From Marsupella aquatica (lineage: Eukaryota; Plantae; Marchantiophyta): a stretch of DNA of 64,000 bases. Each line of letters starts with the position of its first letter. Position 1 is the first letter of the stretch. Shown one piece after another: positions 39,901 through 52,061 of the stretch. Below the pieces are notes generated by a model that searched no databases, was not told the DNA's origin, and was given only the letters and a program-made list of their open reading frames with translations. The DNA lies in assembly GCA_973895155.1 (NCBI GenBank), contig OZ316894.1, positions 5,996,368 through 6,060,367 of the forward strand, given 5' to 3'. The translations under genes and the position numbers were made by a program.

Positions 39901-40400
39901 GAAATTAAGAGCTTAAGAAGTCCTAGAGACGGTTGCTAAAGGAACTCAAGAGCAATTGCAACATCCGAGGCAATGCCATTTGGCGATATATAGTGAATGC
40001 ACTTTCGTCAACCAAGAAATGCAGTTCACTTGAGGGACTGTCACTACATTCAGGACTACATCGCGTGGGTTTTGTTCAGTCTAATGGAGGGAGAGGGTTA
40101 CCTTGTTGCACCAAACCGGAAGGTGATCGCTCCTTAGCCTTCCAGGGGGTATCCTTCGATGATATCTGAAAAGGCCCACAGGCATCAGCTAAAAGCACGT
40201 AAACTCTACATCCATCCTTCCATTGAAAAACTCTCTCAACATTGAAAACCAGATGGCTTACCGTGCTCAATTGATGTGTCCACTCCCAGAAGAGTCAACA
40301 CGCAACACTGAAGCTTTCACTATCTCCTTCGATCACTGGGTCATTTCTCAAAAATGATCTGCAAGCAAAACATCTCCACAATGAAGCACTGAGCAAGCTG
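36915..40400 (-). other. Additional multi-exon coding region(s) of unknown function inside the P-like element
   Basis: Minus-strand ORFs 38692-39207 (171 aa), 37435-37728 (Cys-rich) and 36915-37298 (127 aa), plus several short segments flanked by ag/gt splice-like sites. The exon chain was not resolved. Confidence 0.45.
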
Positions 40401-40849
40401 GCAGCATTTGCAAATCCAATGAAATGTCACTCGTGTCGATCGCATCAAGATCTTAAGGATAGTCACAATGACTTAGAACAATCCATTGAAATCCAGCCAA
40501 ATGCATTGGCAGTCAAAGGCACGTAAATCCTACAAATCACAATGCAGTGGCGTGCAAATCCGCAAGTTGGCACAGTTACAGCCAAATCCAGGAAACATTG
40601 AGGCAACACATAGAACATTGAAGACATAACCGGGGAGATAACAATGCATGCCAAAAATGTGGAAGGTTCACAGAGCATTTGAGTGGGTGAGATTGAGACG
40701 ACCTTGACAATCGCAATGTCGGGGAAGACCTTCCAAACTAAGGACCTTCAAAGCCAACACTTAGCGATGCTGGGCAAGAGCAAGAACAGGCAAACGAGGG
40801 CCAACAATGTCGGATGCGGATCGACAATGGTGGACAAGGCCAAAGCAGC

Positions 40850-41000
40850 AATGGCGGACGAGGAGCAGCAATGGCGGACAAGGAGCAGCGATGGCAGAGG
40901 ATCGATGATGGTGGATGAGCAGCGATGGCAGAGGATCGATGATGGTGGATGAGCAGCGATGGCGGTCGAGCAACGATGGCGGCCGAGCAGCGATGGCGGA
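40850..41000. repeat. GC-rich degenerate tandem repeats (gagcagcgatggc units) near the 5' end of the P-like element
   Basis: gagcagc(g/a)atggc recurs about seven times, including a duplicated ~33 bp gatggcagaggatcgatgatggtggatgagcagc. Confidence 0.8.
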
Positions 41001-44000
41001 CGAGCCAGGAGCAAGCAGAAGGCATCAGGGAGCAGGAGCGCGAGCGGGAGTGCGAGGCGAGGTGAGACCGAGCGCAAAGGAAGAATGAGGAGCAGGGGTA
41101 CGAGGGGGGGCTGACCTCGGGCGGTGACGGTCTCACGACTAAACCCTAAACCTTAGGGTTCATAACGTAGGCGAGGCCATGGATCGCCGATTCAATGGCT
41201 TCGATTCGCTCTCCCTCTAATCCAACGGTTTTAGTCATCCCCGATGTGTTTTCTTAAATTCCCCGCCAAAACCCCCACCACTCCACACACCTGGTCCATC
41301 CCCATTGCCCCGGGATCGCCCCCAATCCTCCCTTCAAAACTTTTCTAGCTTAGCATAGCCAGTATTAACATTTTAATTTATGAAGGAGATATGGATACTG
41401 TAAGGATAATACACGTGTACCAATTATAATTTGACACGTGTACCAATAATATGATGCCGCGTGTCGCTACCTATTGATTTACCCTTCCGCAAAAGTAAGC
41501 AGGATGACATTTCAAGGGGTCTTACGAAATTACAAAGTGGTTTCGGTATATATGCGGTGGTTGCGGAATTGTAAGCAATTTATAAAAATTACCGCCGAAG
41601 GGATAAAAATGACCCTTGAACGGTTCTCACGTCCTCCCCGTATTAGAAAGGAGTGGGGGCCCAGGGCAAGGCACATTTACTCTCCACTTGGCAAACTGAG
41701 GTCATAACCTCATACACAATTTATCCTCAGATCATTCCACATACAGCCAATATTGTGATGCCCACCCCAACCTCCTTTTTGTGAAAGTCCATGAGTGAAT
41801 CTTGTTCTTGCACAAATGTTGTAAGATCACATCTTTGGCTTTGAACTAGCCTGTTGGTCTTGTGCCCTCACAGCCTTTCTATTGCCAAGTATTGAGATTA
41901 TTATCATTTTAAAACTTTTCCCTCTACTTTACAGCACAACTTTTAAGTTTCCACTTGTGAATAATGCAACCTATGAACCATTGCACTCTTTATACATGAT
42001 TCACTGGTTGACATCCTTCTTGTTTCTGGGAAATATTCCAACAACAAACTTCTATCTTCAATATCTCCCTTGACATCCACCCGAATCGGGTGCCCGATTG
42101 GGTGTTATTGGCTTGCTGAAACCGTTTGGAATCATCATTTCCAATGAGTCTAACATGGCTAGTTTTCTTGAGAAATTGAACAAACTATGGATTTCTAAGG
42201 ACTACTTTGTCAAGCACTTTGTGCTTGCAAATGTCTTTTAGTAGCTAACTTCTACATTCAATACCTCTCCCAATACCCAATATATCAAATAGACTCTTCT
42301 TGGTTCATTAGAAAAGGCTTGGAAATATTTCTGCCAATGAGCCTAATATCATGAGGAATTGATAGACCTATGGTTTCCAAAGAGTAATTATCTATTTCTT
42401 GTCACAAACTCATCAGTGTGACATCTACTATATGAGCAAAAAAGAGGGTTTTGCTAGAGTCTATCCAAATTGAAAAAGTCTATACAAGCTTTTGGCAAAC
42501 ACAAAGGCTCATCTGGTTTCAACTTCTACACCTGAATGGATAAACCAAGTATAGGCATGGGATGCTAGGTATACAAAGACTAGTATGTGATTTTACTCTA
42601 ACTTTTCATTGCTCTGGTTTGGTACAAAACTAGGGATCATTTACATGGCTTGTATAAAACTACTCTGTTTAACCTAATTAGTGTTACCATGGTATATGTG
42701 AATCTAATGATTTAGTTATGCTCTATTTATTCAATGTAATTTCTGTCTATGATACTTTCAAACATTGAATCCTGTTTTCCATAACCATTTCAACTCATAA
42801 ATTCCAAAACCAAATAATGTGACTATACTTGTACCCAAAATATCATTGTTTAATGCAGCATTTTTAGTGTCAATAGTCCGATCACAAATTAAGTGAGTTG
42901 ATTTTCATAATTAATAGTACTTGAAAAATTAATTAAATCATTCACATTTTTGTTAATACGACTTGTTGTTAGTAAGGTTATTTCAAGTGGATTCAAATTT
43001 TAGCAAGCTACTCAAATTGTAACAAATAAGAGTATCCAAGGTACACTCAATAAAGTGAGCAATGTAGTAAGGGTGGCTTTATAAGATGTGGGGGCACCTG
43101 TGAACTTTTCAGCACAAAGCATCCTGGAGGCTAACTTTTTGTTCTCAACATAGTTTTCATACCCAAGATCTTTTGAAATTCAATCTTACTAATAAATAGC
43201 TAAAGATGTCAAAGACCCCAATAAATAGAAAAGATGGCAAAGTGAGAAAACATGTCAAGGCAAAGCAAAAATGTATAAGCTTTGCAATGTAATTGTTGAG
43301 GCATGTTATGTGTGATCTTGACCATACAATTTGTGTGGTTGTGTTCATTAACCTGCGTGTCACACATAGAAATTGAAGTTGTGAGACAGCGGCCATTACA
43401 TCATAGAGTCCAAACACAACCGAGTGATAGAAAAATGATTTTTTAAGTTTTAAATTTTTAAAGAAATTAAAATTCCCATATTTTATTTATTTTAAATAAC
43501 TAGAATGTAAATAAAATTACTAATTTTCTAATTAATTTTTTTAATCTAGGGTATTTGAGGGCAGACTTTATTTTAGATGGGGTGTATGCATAGATCTAAC
43601 GAAGTTAAAAAAACATTATTCTGATGAAGGGCTCATGATTGGTTTGCACTTTTTCTTCTTGCTTGGAAAATAGTGCAACCAAATATAGTTCACTTTTTGT
43701 TTTATTCCCTTTCACTTTATCAGGTTTTCATTTATTACACCCAAAAAGAGCACGCCAAATTTGAATGACTACCACTTGATTTTTTGGCACAACTCTATAT
43801 TATAGTTTTTGATGCAAGCCAAATGTTATCAGGTTTTTAGTACCTTCCTCACATAGATACTTTTGTATATTAACCATTAGATCTTGTATGTCTCATGAAA
43901 TGATTATTGTATTCATTCAATGTCTTAGATTATTGTATTCATTCAATGTCTTAGCTCAAAATATAGTTCCAATTAAAAGAAACCACTAAGCTCAGAACTA

Positions 44001-44995
44001 AATAAGTTTTGAATAACCCATTTGGATACCGATTTGGACGGTCTCTTTACTCAACCTTACTACATTGTTCACCATAATTAGTGTTTCTAGCACTAATTCT
44101 CAAAAGGGAAAATAGTGAAGAAAAGCTATTTTGAAAATTCAAAAGAATTAGTGCTATTTTGGACTTAACTATCACCCATTTCAATTACTGTAGCACTTTA
44201 AAGAAAAGTGTGAAAATTTAGTTTAGAGAAATGGACAAGATTTAATATCATATTGAATTCAACATAAATTTCACCAAATTAGTAACACTAATCTTACTAT
44301 AAGAGCCTAGACTAAGGGCTGTTTTGCATGTACATCGGCCCTCAAGAATGTGGCCTTTTACCAAAGCGAAACTTACACAGAATAAGGGATTTAGTTTAAC
44401 AACTCGATCCGCCCCTGTGTTACGTGTTGGATGTTCTGAGGGGCTCGTGTCCACCTCTGTTGTTATGTGCCGCTTAGTTTACCGGGAGCAATAGAGGGGA
44501 TTGAGGCTGCCATTGTTGTATGTGTAGATAAAAGGTCGGGACTGTGAAGGGCCATAAGGTTTGTGTGCCTTGCCCTTCCAAGTCCTAGTTTAGTGCTGTC
44601 AAGACGGCCTCGTTCAGGGGGCAGTTTTGTTCACTCAGGGGCTGCCATTGTTTGTCTGAAAGGCCATTTTTTGAAGGACAGTCTACATGCAAGACGGCCC
44701 TAAAGCCTACTCTTAAGCTAGGACCTAGATCTAGAGTGAAGACTCTAGATCATAACTCCCAATACAGCCAAACCTGATCATGAGACTGAAGAAGGACAAA
44801 ATGAAAATGAGGATGGAGGCAAGGATAACAAAAGTGAAATTGACTTTAAATAAAGATAAAACTTAAACAAGGGTGGACAATAAGCATGGGCAAAAATGAA
44901 CTAAAAATAGCATAGAATTTTTTTATTCATATCTACTTGCGTTAGAGGAATTGAGCTGTGGCTAGTTTAATAATAATGGGCTAATACTCACACAG

Positions 44996-45350
44996 CGCTG
45001 ATTATAGTGAACAGTGTAGGTTACACTAGACCATTTACAGTTGGAGATGTCCTAAAAGTGCAAAAGTACAAAAAGTATCAAATTGTTCATTCGTAATATT
45101 AAATACGAGTGTGTCATTCCGTCTTTTGTGGTGGGCATCCAATTACCGCTGATTATAGTGAACAGTGTAGGTTGACTCAAAATAATATTGTTACACTAGA
45201 CAACCCATTTACCATTGGACAGGCCCTAAACGTGCAAAAGTACAAAAAGTATCAAAATGTTCATTCGTAACATACTATATATACTATACTAATAATAATA
45301 TGGAATGAACGAGTGTGTCACTCCGTCTTTTGTGGTGGGCATCCAATCCA
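44996..45350. repeat. Imperfect tandem duplication, ~150-200 bp x2
   Basis: cgctgattatagtgaacagtgtaggtt...gtgcaaaagtacaaaaagtatcaaa...gagtgtgtca.tccgtcttttgtggtgggcatccaat occurs twice. Confidence 0.85.
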
Positions 45351-47184
45351 ATTGGGCAGACATCCCATCGTCTCTGAAACACTGCGTGCCGAGCATGACT
45401 GCTCGAGAAGTACCCGAAGCTTTTCACTCGAGTGAGTGAGATGCGCCCTCAGATGCGCCCTCGTTATTGGAAAGAAAGCTCGAATGAATGTTCGCCCGTG
45501 TCCTCGCCAAACGCTCGACGCATGGAGAATCTGGATTGCTTCTGCGTACCACTGTGCTGTGTAAAGCACTTCGCCCACTGTACTGTAAGTTCTGACGAGA
45601 TGCTCGAAAGCTCGAAATGTCCAGTCCCGTTGTGACGTCTGAAAGCAGACACTCTATCATGAGATCGAGAGCCCAGTCAGGTTATGATTTTGGCTGACAA
45701 TGTATAATCATCGTCACACACTCACCGTACATTGCTGAATGAGTGCCTCTGCATGATCCGACAGAGTCAGACACAGAGGTAGGACTGCCGAATGAGCGAG
45801 GTCACGGGTTCAGACGTTCAGATGTACAGAACTACTGTACAGACTTTGCATTGCCTGCGTGCTTGCTGCTGCCGCCTTCGATATAGTAAAACCGGTGGAA
45901 GTGCAGCATACTCTGTAATCTGGCCCTCGGTAGCCACGTTCAGACGTCCAGACCAGAGACTCTGCTTCGTCTGGGAGCAGATGCGTGCTTGCTGCCGTTG
46001 CCTTTGATACCATAAAGTAGCTGCATGCTTGCTTTCCTGTTGCCTTTGATGTCGCAATGCAGTGAGTCAGTGTGCCAGGATCTCAGTAAAATTGAATTCT
46101 CAGCTGCTCGACTGCAACACCGACTTTAAAATGGTTTCTTGCCGAACATTTTCGACAGTGATCGTTCATTGATCGATCGTCGCAGAACCACGCTTCAAAT
46201 TTGAAGAATGCCAGACCGTCTGCCATGTGGGAAATTTTAGGCCAAGGGTTACTCTATCCTCACTCGCTCGCCTTAGTCAGCTCAGCTCAGAAAAGCTTTT
46301 GGCCTGGCCTGTAGTCTCCCACGTTAGAGCACTTGAGAGATCAAGAGTCGCTTCCTCACTGGCCTGAGCTCAAATTGAGATATCTACAGTCTTCGATCCT
46401 CACTCGGGTGAGCTCAAATGAGATATCTACAGTAGTTGATCCTCACACGCCTGAGCTCTCTCAAGCTTTTAGTCGCCACGGGACTAGTGTCCCAAGGTTG
46501 AGAACTGGAGAGAGCAGCTCGGAGTAACACTCAACAGTAGAGAGGTAGAAGAGAGCAGAGACACTGCCACAGTCAGCTGCGGGACCTGAACTGAGTGGTG
46601 AAGTCTTCTGCACTAGACGGAAGCTATCGTAGTCGTGACCCGCCACAAGTACGCCCAGGTAACTGAAATTTTCTGCACGATCATGGCCACCGTGAATGCA
46701 CATTTCTCTACATTTTTTGTTCGTTCACTGAATAAGTAAGCTTAGAAGCATTGTATTACAGTACTTGCGAGTGCATTGGTGCGTTGCTAAGTACGTACTA
46801 CATTCTCAGCTGGAAGATCTCGTTGATCCCCGAAAGAATCTGTCGAGAAGCTGCAGACGACATCTCTCAGCTGTGATGGCCTTAGCTCGCTCTACTTCTT
46901 TGCAGTCTTCTCACAGCTTTGAATTACCTTCAAAGCTGGCTCCGTTATTTGGTCCCGTGGTCATGAAGGAAATTTTATTTTTTTTGCATTCAAGAGAACA
47001 TATTGTTCTCTGCTAGTTCACTATTTGCTCGGTCTGTTCAGTGTAGTGTCTGTTTGCTCAACTCACGTGGAAGTGTACATTGGGATCGCTTTATTTGCAG
47101 GATAGTCAGTTCGGCGTTACGCATAGTTTGAGGCTTGCTTGTTGTGGCCCGAACGTGGTATATCTTGCTGCACCTTATCGAGCG

Positions 47185-47787
47185 ATGGCTTCGTCATTGC
47201 ACACGAAGCAGCAGATGGCTTCGATGTACTGCTTGTGCATGGCAATTGCAACGACATGGTGGGTACCGGCAGCCTGGGCCCAGACGTTCTTCATAAACAC
47301 GGGCTCGTATCAGCCGGCTGCTCAGCAGAGCTGCGTCCTGAACTTCTACATGCACGATAACTTGGACACCTATCCCTCGAGCGCCGTGACAGTAGTGCAA
47401 TCCCCGGGAAGCGTCAATGGGGCGTCCAACCACGAGCTATTCGGAGCCATCGCCGTCTTCGACGACGCCATGACTTTGACATCCGACCCCTCGTCGCAGG
47501 AGCTGGGCCGTGGGCGGGGCTTCTACGTCTTCAACTCCATGGATCAAGTCAGCACGAGCTTGGAGTTCGTGTGGACGGCGGTGTTCAGCGAGAACAGCGG
47601 GTACAGCGGCAGCACTCTCAGCTTCAAAGGCTACGACAAGATTAGCGACACGAACCGAGAAATCGTCATCACGGGTGGGACTGGAGTGTTTCGCATGGCT
47701 CGAGGCTGGGCAACGATCACCACTGCTGCCGCCAATGGAGGCGATGCAAATCTCCACTTCGCTGCGAATGTCTTCTATGGCGTCTGA
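47185..47787 (+). CDS. Dirigent protein (secreted)
   Basis: Hydrophobic signal-like N-terminus, then LNFYMHD, FGAIAVFDDAMT, LGRGRGFY, GSTLSFKG and REIVITGGTGVFRMARGWA, the five dirigent motifs. Intronless and GC-rich. Confidence 0.93.
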   Translation: MASSLHTKQQMASMYCLCMAIATTWWVPAAWAQTFFINTGSYQPAAQQSCVLNFYMHDNLDTYPSSAVTVVQSPGSVNGASNHELFGAIAVFDDAMTLTSDPSSQELGRGRGFYVFNSMDQVSTSLEFVWTAVFSENSGYSGSTLSFKGYDKISDTNREIVITGGTGVFRMARGWATITTAAANGGDANLHFAANVFYGV

Positions 47788-48137
47788 TCTATCTACAACT
47801 CGTCTCACCATCGTCGACCTCCCTCGCTCTATCATCTGCTCCAACCAGCACGACTCCAAATCTGTTTTCCCTTTACTTTCAACGAGACGCAAGCAGACAT
47901 GACTGTTCGCATTGATCACTTTTACTATCCATCCCTCTGATCATGACATTCGTGGAGGATGGAGAACATACGACGCCGGTACTTACAATCCAGTTCGGTG
48001 GTAGACCGAGTGTAAAATAACACATTATTGTAGTTTCGGTCGGGGAAATAACGTGGTTTTCATCACCTCGTTGCAGGTCACGCAGTATTTGGCAAGCGTA
48101 TTCACAACTGTCTTGGGCTCTTAGCTTCGGTATACAT

Positions 48138-48552
48138 TACCTTCATCATTGTCGAGTATCACGTTGAGTTTCGACCTATTGCTGTATTCTATGCGAGAAA
48201 CATTGTCACTCAATGTCACCTTTCGAGATCTTAGTACGTGACTAGAAGTAGAAGCCACGCTATAATTAAATGGTTGCAGATACCACTGTGACAGTTGGTG
48301 AGGATTGTGGGGGGCCGACTCCTGCTTCAAAGCATGTAGTAGTTTACCTTCATCATCGTGGAACGCCATGTTGAATTTCGAGCTGTTGCAGTAGTCTATG
48401 TGAGAAGCATTGTCACTCAATATCACCATTCGAGATGCGAGTGTGTGTCATGTGTGACTAGAAGTAGAAGCTAGGCTAGAATTAAATAATTGCAGATACC
48501 ACTGTGACGAGTGGGTGAGGATTATGGGGCCGAATCCTACATCAAAGCATGC
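48138..48552. repeat. ~210 bp tandem duplication x2 downstream of the dirigent gene
   Basis: ccttcatcat..cattgtcactcaat..gtgactagaagtagaagc..ttgcagataccactgtgac..tcaaagcatg occurs twice. Confidence 0.85.
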
Positions 48553-48974
48553 ACTATATCATCGTAAGATACTGTAGTACAGAACGAGGGTCTGCTATAA
48601 TCCAGTCCATTAGAGAAGAGCTCCAGACTTGTTTCAACCTGATGACTTATCCTATCCAGTCGACTATCCAGTCGACTTATGCTACTTTTTTATGTCCGCT
48701 CAACCCTTTTTTTAGTGACACTCAAATTTCACGGAAATGGTTCAGCGAGAGTGTCCGTGAAATGAGAGTGAAATTTGAAATCGATTAGACACTTTCAGTT
48801 TGTTCATAAATACGCCTGTTATCCCCTTTTTTGACTGCTCCCTTATAAAATAATGTTCAAATTTCTCAGTATGAACCAATTTGTTAGGCTCTTGGTCATG
48901 AGGCCCACCACCCCACTCTCGTATAAGATACTAGTCCACAATCACACAATGGCCAGAGATTTTACCATAAAGGT

Positions 48975-50420
48975 GCCATGAATGCGCCAAGTCTTAGTGG
49001 TAGAGCAGGTGAGTGCAGCCGGAATGTGCCATGAATGCACTAAGGAGTACTGGGCCATGAATGCACCAAGTGTTGGTAGTACAGCAGCTGAGTGCAAGGC
49101 TATGGTTGCACCTAGTCTTAGTGGTGGAGCAGCTTGAGTGCATCAGGAGGGCAGGTCTAGGCTTGTATCATGCTCATGGCACTTCTCTTTCAACACTTAC
49201 CCAACCCAAAAGTGAATGCACCAAGTGTTGGTAGTAGAGCAGCTGAGTGCAAGGCTATGGTTGCACCTAGTCTTAGTGGTGGAGCAGCTCATGACACATC
49301 TCTTTCAACACTTACCCAACCCAAAAGTGATGAATGCACTTCTCGTTCAACACCTATCCAACCTTAAAGTGGGGGTTTTCTTGACCCCTAGCATTGTTCA
49401 AAAAATTGGAGACAGAGTAGTACACCTGCCCCTGCCAAGGCATTAATGGCCTCCAAATTACCTTTCCTGCTGAATAACTAAAGGTACCAATGTCGACATG
49501 TCATGAAAGCACCGAAGTTTGACCTCTATATGCCATGAATGCACCAAGTCTTAACGACTATATGTCAGCTGAGTACTCGAGATTGCCTTTTGTGCTGACA
49601 AATAAAAGAGACAAATAAAAGACGCCAACGTACCTCGACATATCATGAATGCACCAAATGTTTGACCTCTAGATGCCATGTATGCACCAAGTCCTGACCA
49701 ATGTATATCAAATTGACAAAGTACAAAAAGGTGCCAATCTCCAGATGCTTGAATTCAACCAAGTCCTAACCACTACTTATCAAACTGCAAATAAACAAAA
49801 TGCCCCAAACCTGGAGAAAAGAGACCCAATAAAATGGACTAAACATGGGGAAAATGCACCCAAGTCTTAACTGCTATAGATCAAACTGCAGATTTTGTAA
49901 GTACATCTTGGTAGTCAATGTCTAAGTGGATTTCTATCTACGAGGGATACGTACATGTATCAACTACTGCAATGTGTAGATAAGCAACTTTGTTAAATAA
50001 GTGTGATGGCCTATTATTGAGTAATTTCATGCACTTATTCAATTGAATGGTGAGGAGTCTAATAAGTGTGACCTCAACACATGTAAAGGAAGTGCATATG
50101 TAAATATGTGCATTTCTTGGGTAGTGGATACCATGCCCATAACAAGACATGTGAATGCACAAGTCATTTCCCATGCATTTGTGGGTTAGTGGATTTCATG
50201 CATACCATGCACATGACAAGACATGTGAGTGATTTCCCATGCATTTGTTGGGTAGTGGATTTCATGCATACCCTGCACATAACAAAGACATGAGAGTGTA
50301 TAGGTCATTTCCCACGCATGCATTTATTGGGTAGTGGATTTCTTGCATACCATACACATAACAATACAGTCACGTGAGTGCATAAGCCATTGCCATGCTT
50401 TTATTTGGGTACAATAGTGA
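48975..50420. repeat. Dispersed short-motif arrays (atgaatgcaccaagt and gggtagtggatttc..), likely subterminal repeats of a non-autonomous TE
   Basis: About ten degenerate atgaatgcaccaag copies in 48975-49865 and about four (g)gtagtggat..catgc..acataac copies in 50110-50400. Confidence 0.6.
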
Positions 50421-50599
50421 ATATCATGAACATATGGGGAGGCAGTTGGTGAATAAGAGCATCTCCAATCCAAAGGGGTTCTGCTTATTGGGTACATTAA
50501 AAACCCAGTTTGACAGCCTCCTATTTTTAGTTTAATACATTGAATTCTACTTCTACAATGAGATTTTTATATACAGTGTTTTAAAGAGTTAATTTCTCA

Positions 50600-51150
50600 A
50601 CCTGAGAAGATACCTGGCAAATTGTTGATCAAGTCAATTGCTGATCTGAAAGATCCCAACCACTAATGGATTCCTCTGGAGGATTGAAGCAAAACAATCA
50701 GGTCGATTAGAGAGAGGTGCGGTTCTACTAATTCTGGGATTTTCACTCACAACTTATACAACAAGAAGGCACTATTGCTGGGGAATTGTTCTGGAGCATC
50801 GGATGGAAGTGGAACTTACTTGAGTGGGACAAAACGGGGGAACTCCCCAACCTTGTGGGGTTGTGGTGCACCTCCTTTGAGCCTTGTAACACCACAGAAT
50901 TGAACCACCACTCAGGCCACCACCACTGGGGACAGAGTTGGACTACGGAGTCCTGGCAGCAACAAAGCAAGCAATTGTGGGGAGGTTGGACTCTGCCCAG
51001 AGTTTGCAAATTAATCTGGAGGTTATTGAATCATGGATTCTTCACAAATGGGAGAGCACGTAAGTGGAAGGTGAGAGGCGGCCTATGTGAGCACTCTCAC
51101 TTCCAATTTGAGCATACTGAACCCGATACTGAACATCACTCTACTTAGAG
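50600..51150 (+). mobile_element. Decayed LINE (L1-type) 3' ORF2 fragment, zf-RVT region
   Basis: LWGGWTLPRVCKLIWRLLNHGFFTNGRARKW resembles the plant L1 zf-RVT pattern W..lW....pk.k.fiWrl...lpt. Surrounded by stops. Confidence 0.6.
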
Positions 51151-52061
51151 TTCAGGCTCAATGGCAAGAAGTGTAACAGCTCCTATGCCACACACACTTC
51201 CTGAACTTGATTCATGGGTCATTGTTTGATTCTATTCAGGGGGCTATTTGTGTTCAGAAAGGGAACCCTTCCCCCTTAGTCCTTCTCTGTGAACTCTGCC
51301 GTAATGTCTCAATTGAGAGGAATGCAGCAATTTATTCTCAATTTCATGAAAGAGAAAATCTACAAAACCTTCATATTTGGGTATAAGTTGCTGCATGCCT
51401 CCCAAGAAAAGAATATTGGGCATACTTTTAGCAATTCGAAGAGTCATTCTCTATGAAAGAGAATCATATTCTTATAGAGAATGATGTCTCTTCAAACTGA
51501 TAAAAACAATAAGGTATAATTGTAGATGTTTGTTGAAGTCAAACCTTGGATGAGAAGAAGATTTAACAAACAAGTCTACATATTAACATTACCTGTCTGC
51601 TCCTTTTGCGGGAAATGCAATTTTATGGTATAAGAATGTTTGCTCAATCAAAGCCCCTAGGTCAAACTGATGGTCTAAGGATCCTTAGGGCAAAGTGTCC
51701 ATCTGAGTAAGGACTTGCACCATTTTGTACCATCCCAATCCGCAACGTGGTTCAAAATACTAACTGACCCCAAATTAGGTTGCCTCCCATATTGTACGTA
51801 GTTTGGAGGAACTAGACTTTACTAACCTGATGGCATGCAATTGGTTCATTGACACACGGAGGCGCACAATTTGCCCGTGCTAACCCCCTCCAACCATTCC
51901 TTCACTTTGGAACAGGTTTGCTCATCCGACAGTCATCAAGCAGTGGGTGTCACCTATTGCCTGTGGGCAAAACTTTTGCATTTTGGTCCTTTGATTTCTC
52001 CCAGTTTTATAGTCATAGTGGGCTAGCTTGGATAAATTATGAATCTCCACATGTCCCTAAT

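Larger units (their letters stand above)
30793..41666 (-). mobile_element. 10.9 kb P-superfamily-like DNA transposon with TIRs and an 8 bp TSD
   Basis: Left TIR ccctgggccctcactcctt (30793-30811) and right TIR aaggagtgggggcccaggg (41648-41666) are reverse complements at 18/19 positions. An identical 8 bp direct repeat, caaggcac, lies immediately outside both (30785-30792 and 41667-41674). The element encloses a P-type transposase. Confidence 0.92.

Noticed and set aside
40683-41136. ORFs over the GC-rich repeats (40683-40952, 40738-41136 and others)
   Set aside because: Low-complexity translations of tandem repeats, open in several frames.
30793-41666. Classification of the 10.9 kb element as hAT on the basis of its 8 bp TSD
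   Set aside because: It has no BED finger, CxxH motif or hAT dimerisation motif (SxxxERxFS). It has DxxH and D..EQFFS as in P-type enzymes.
48975-49865. Spaced atgaatgcaccaagt motifs as a CRISPR-like array
   Set aside because: The repeats are short and degenerate, spacer lengths are irregular, and some spacers duplicate each other.
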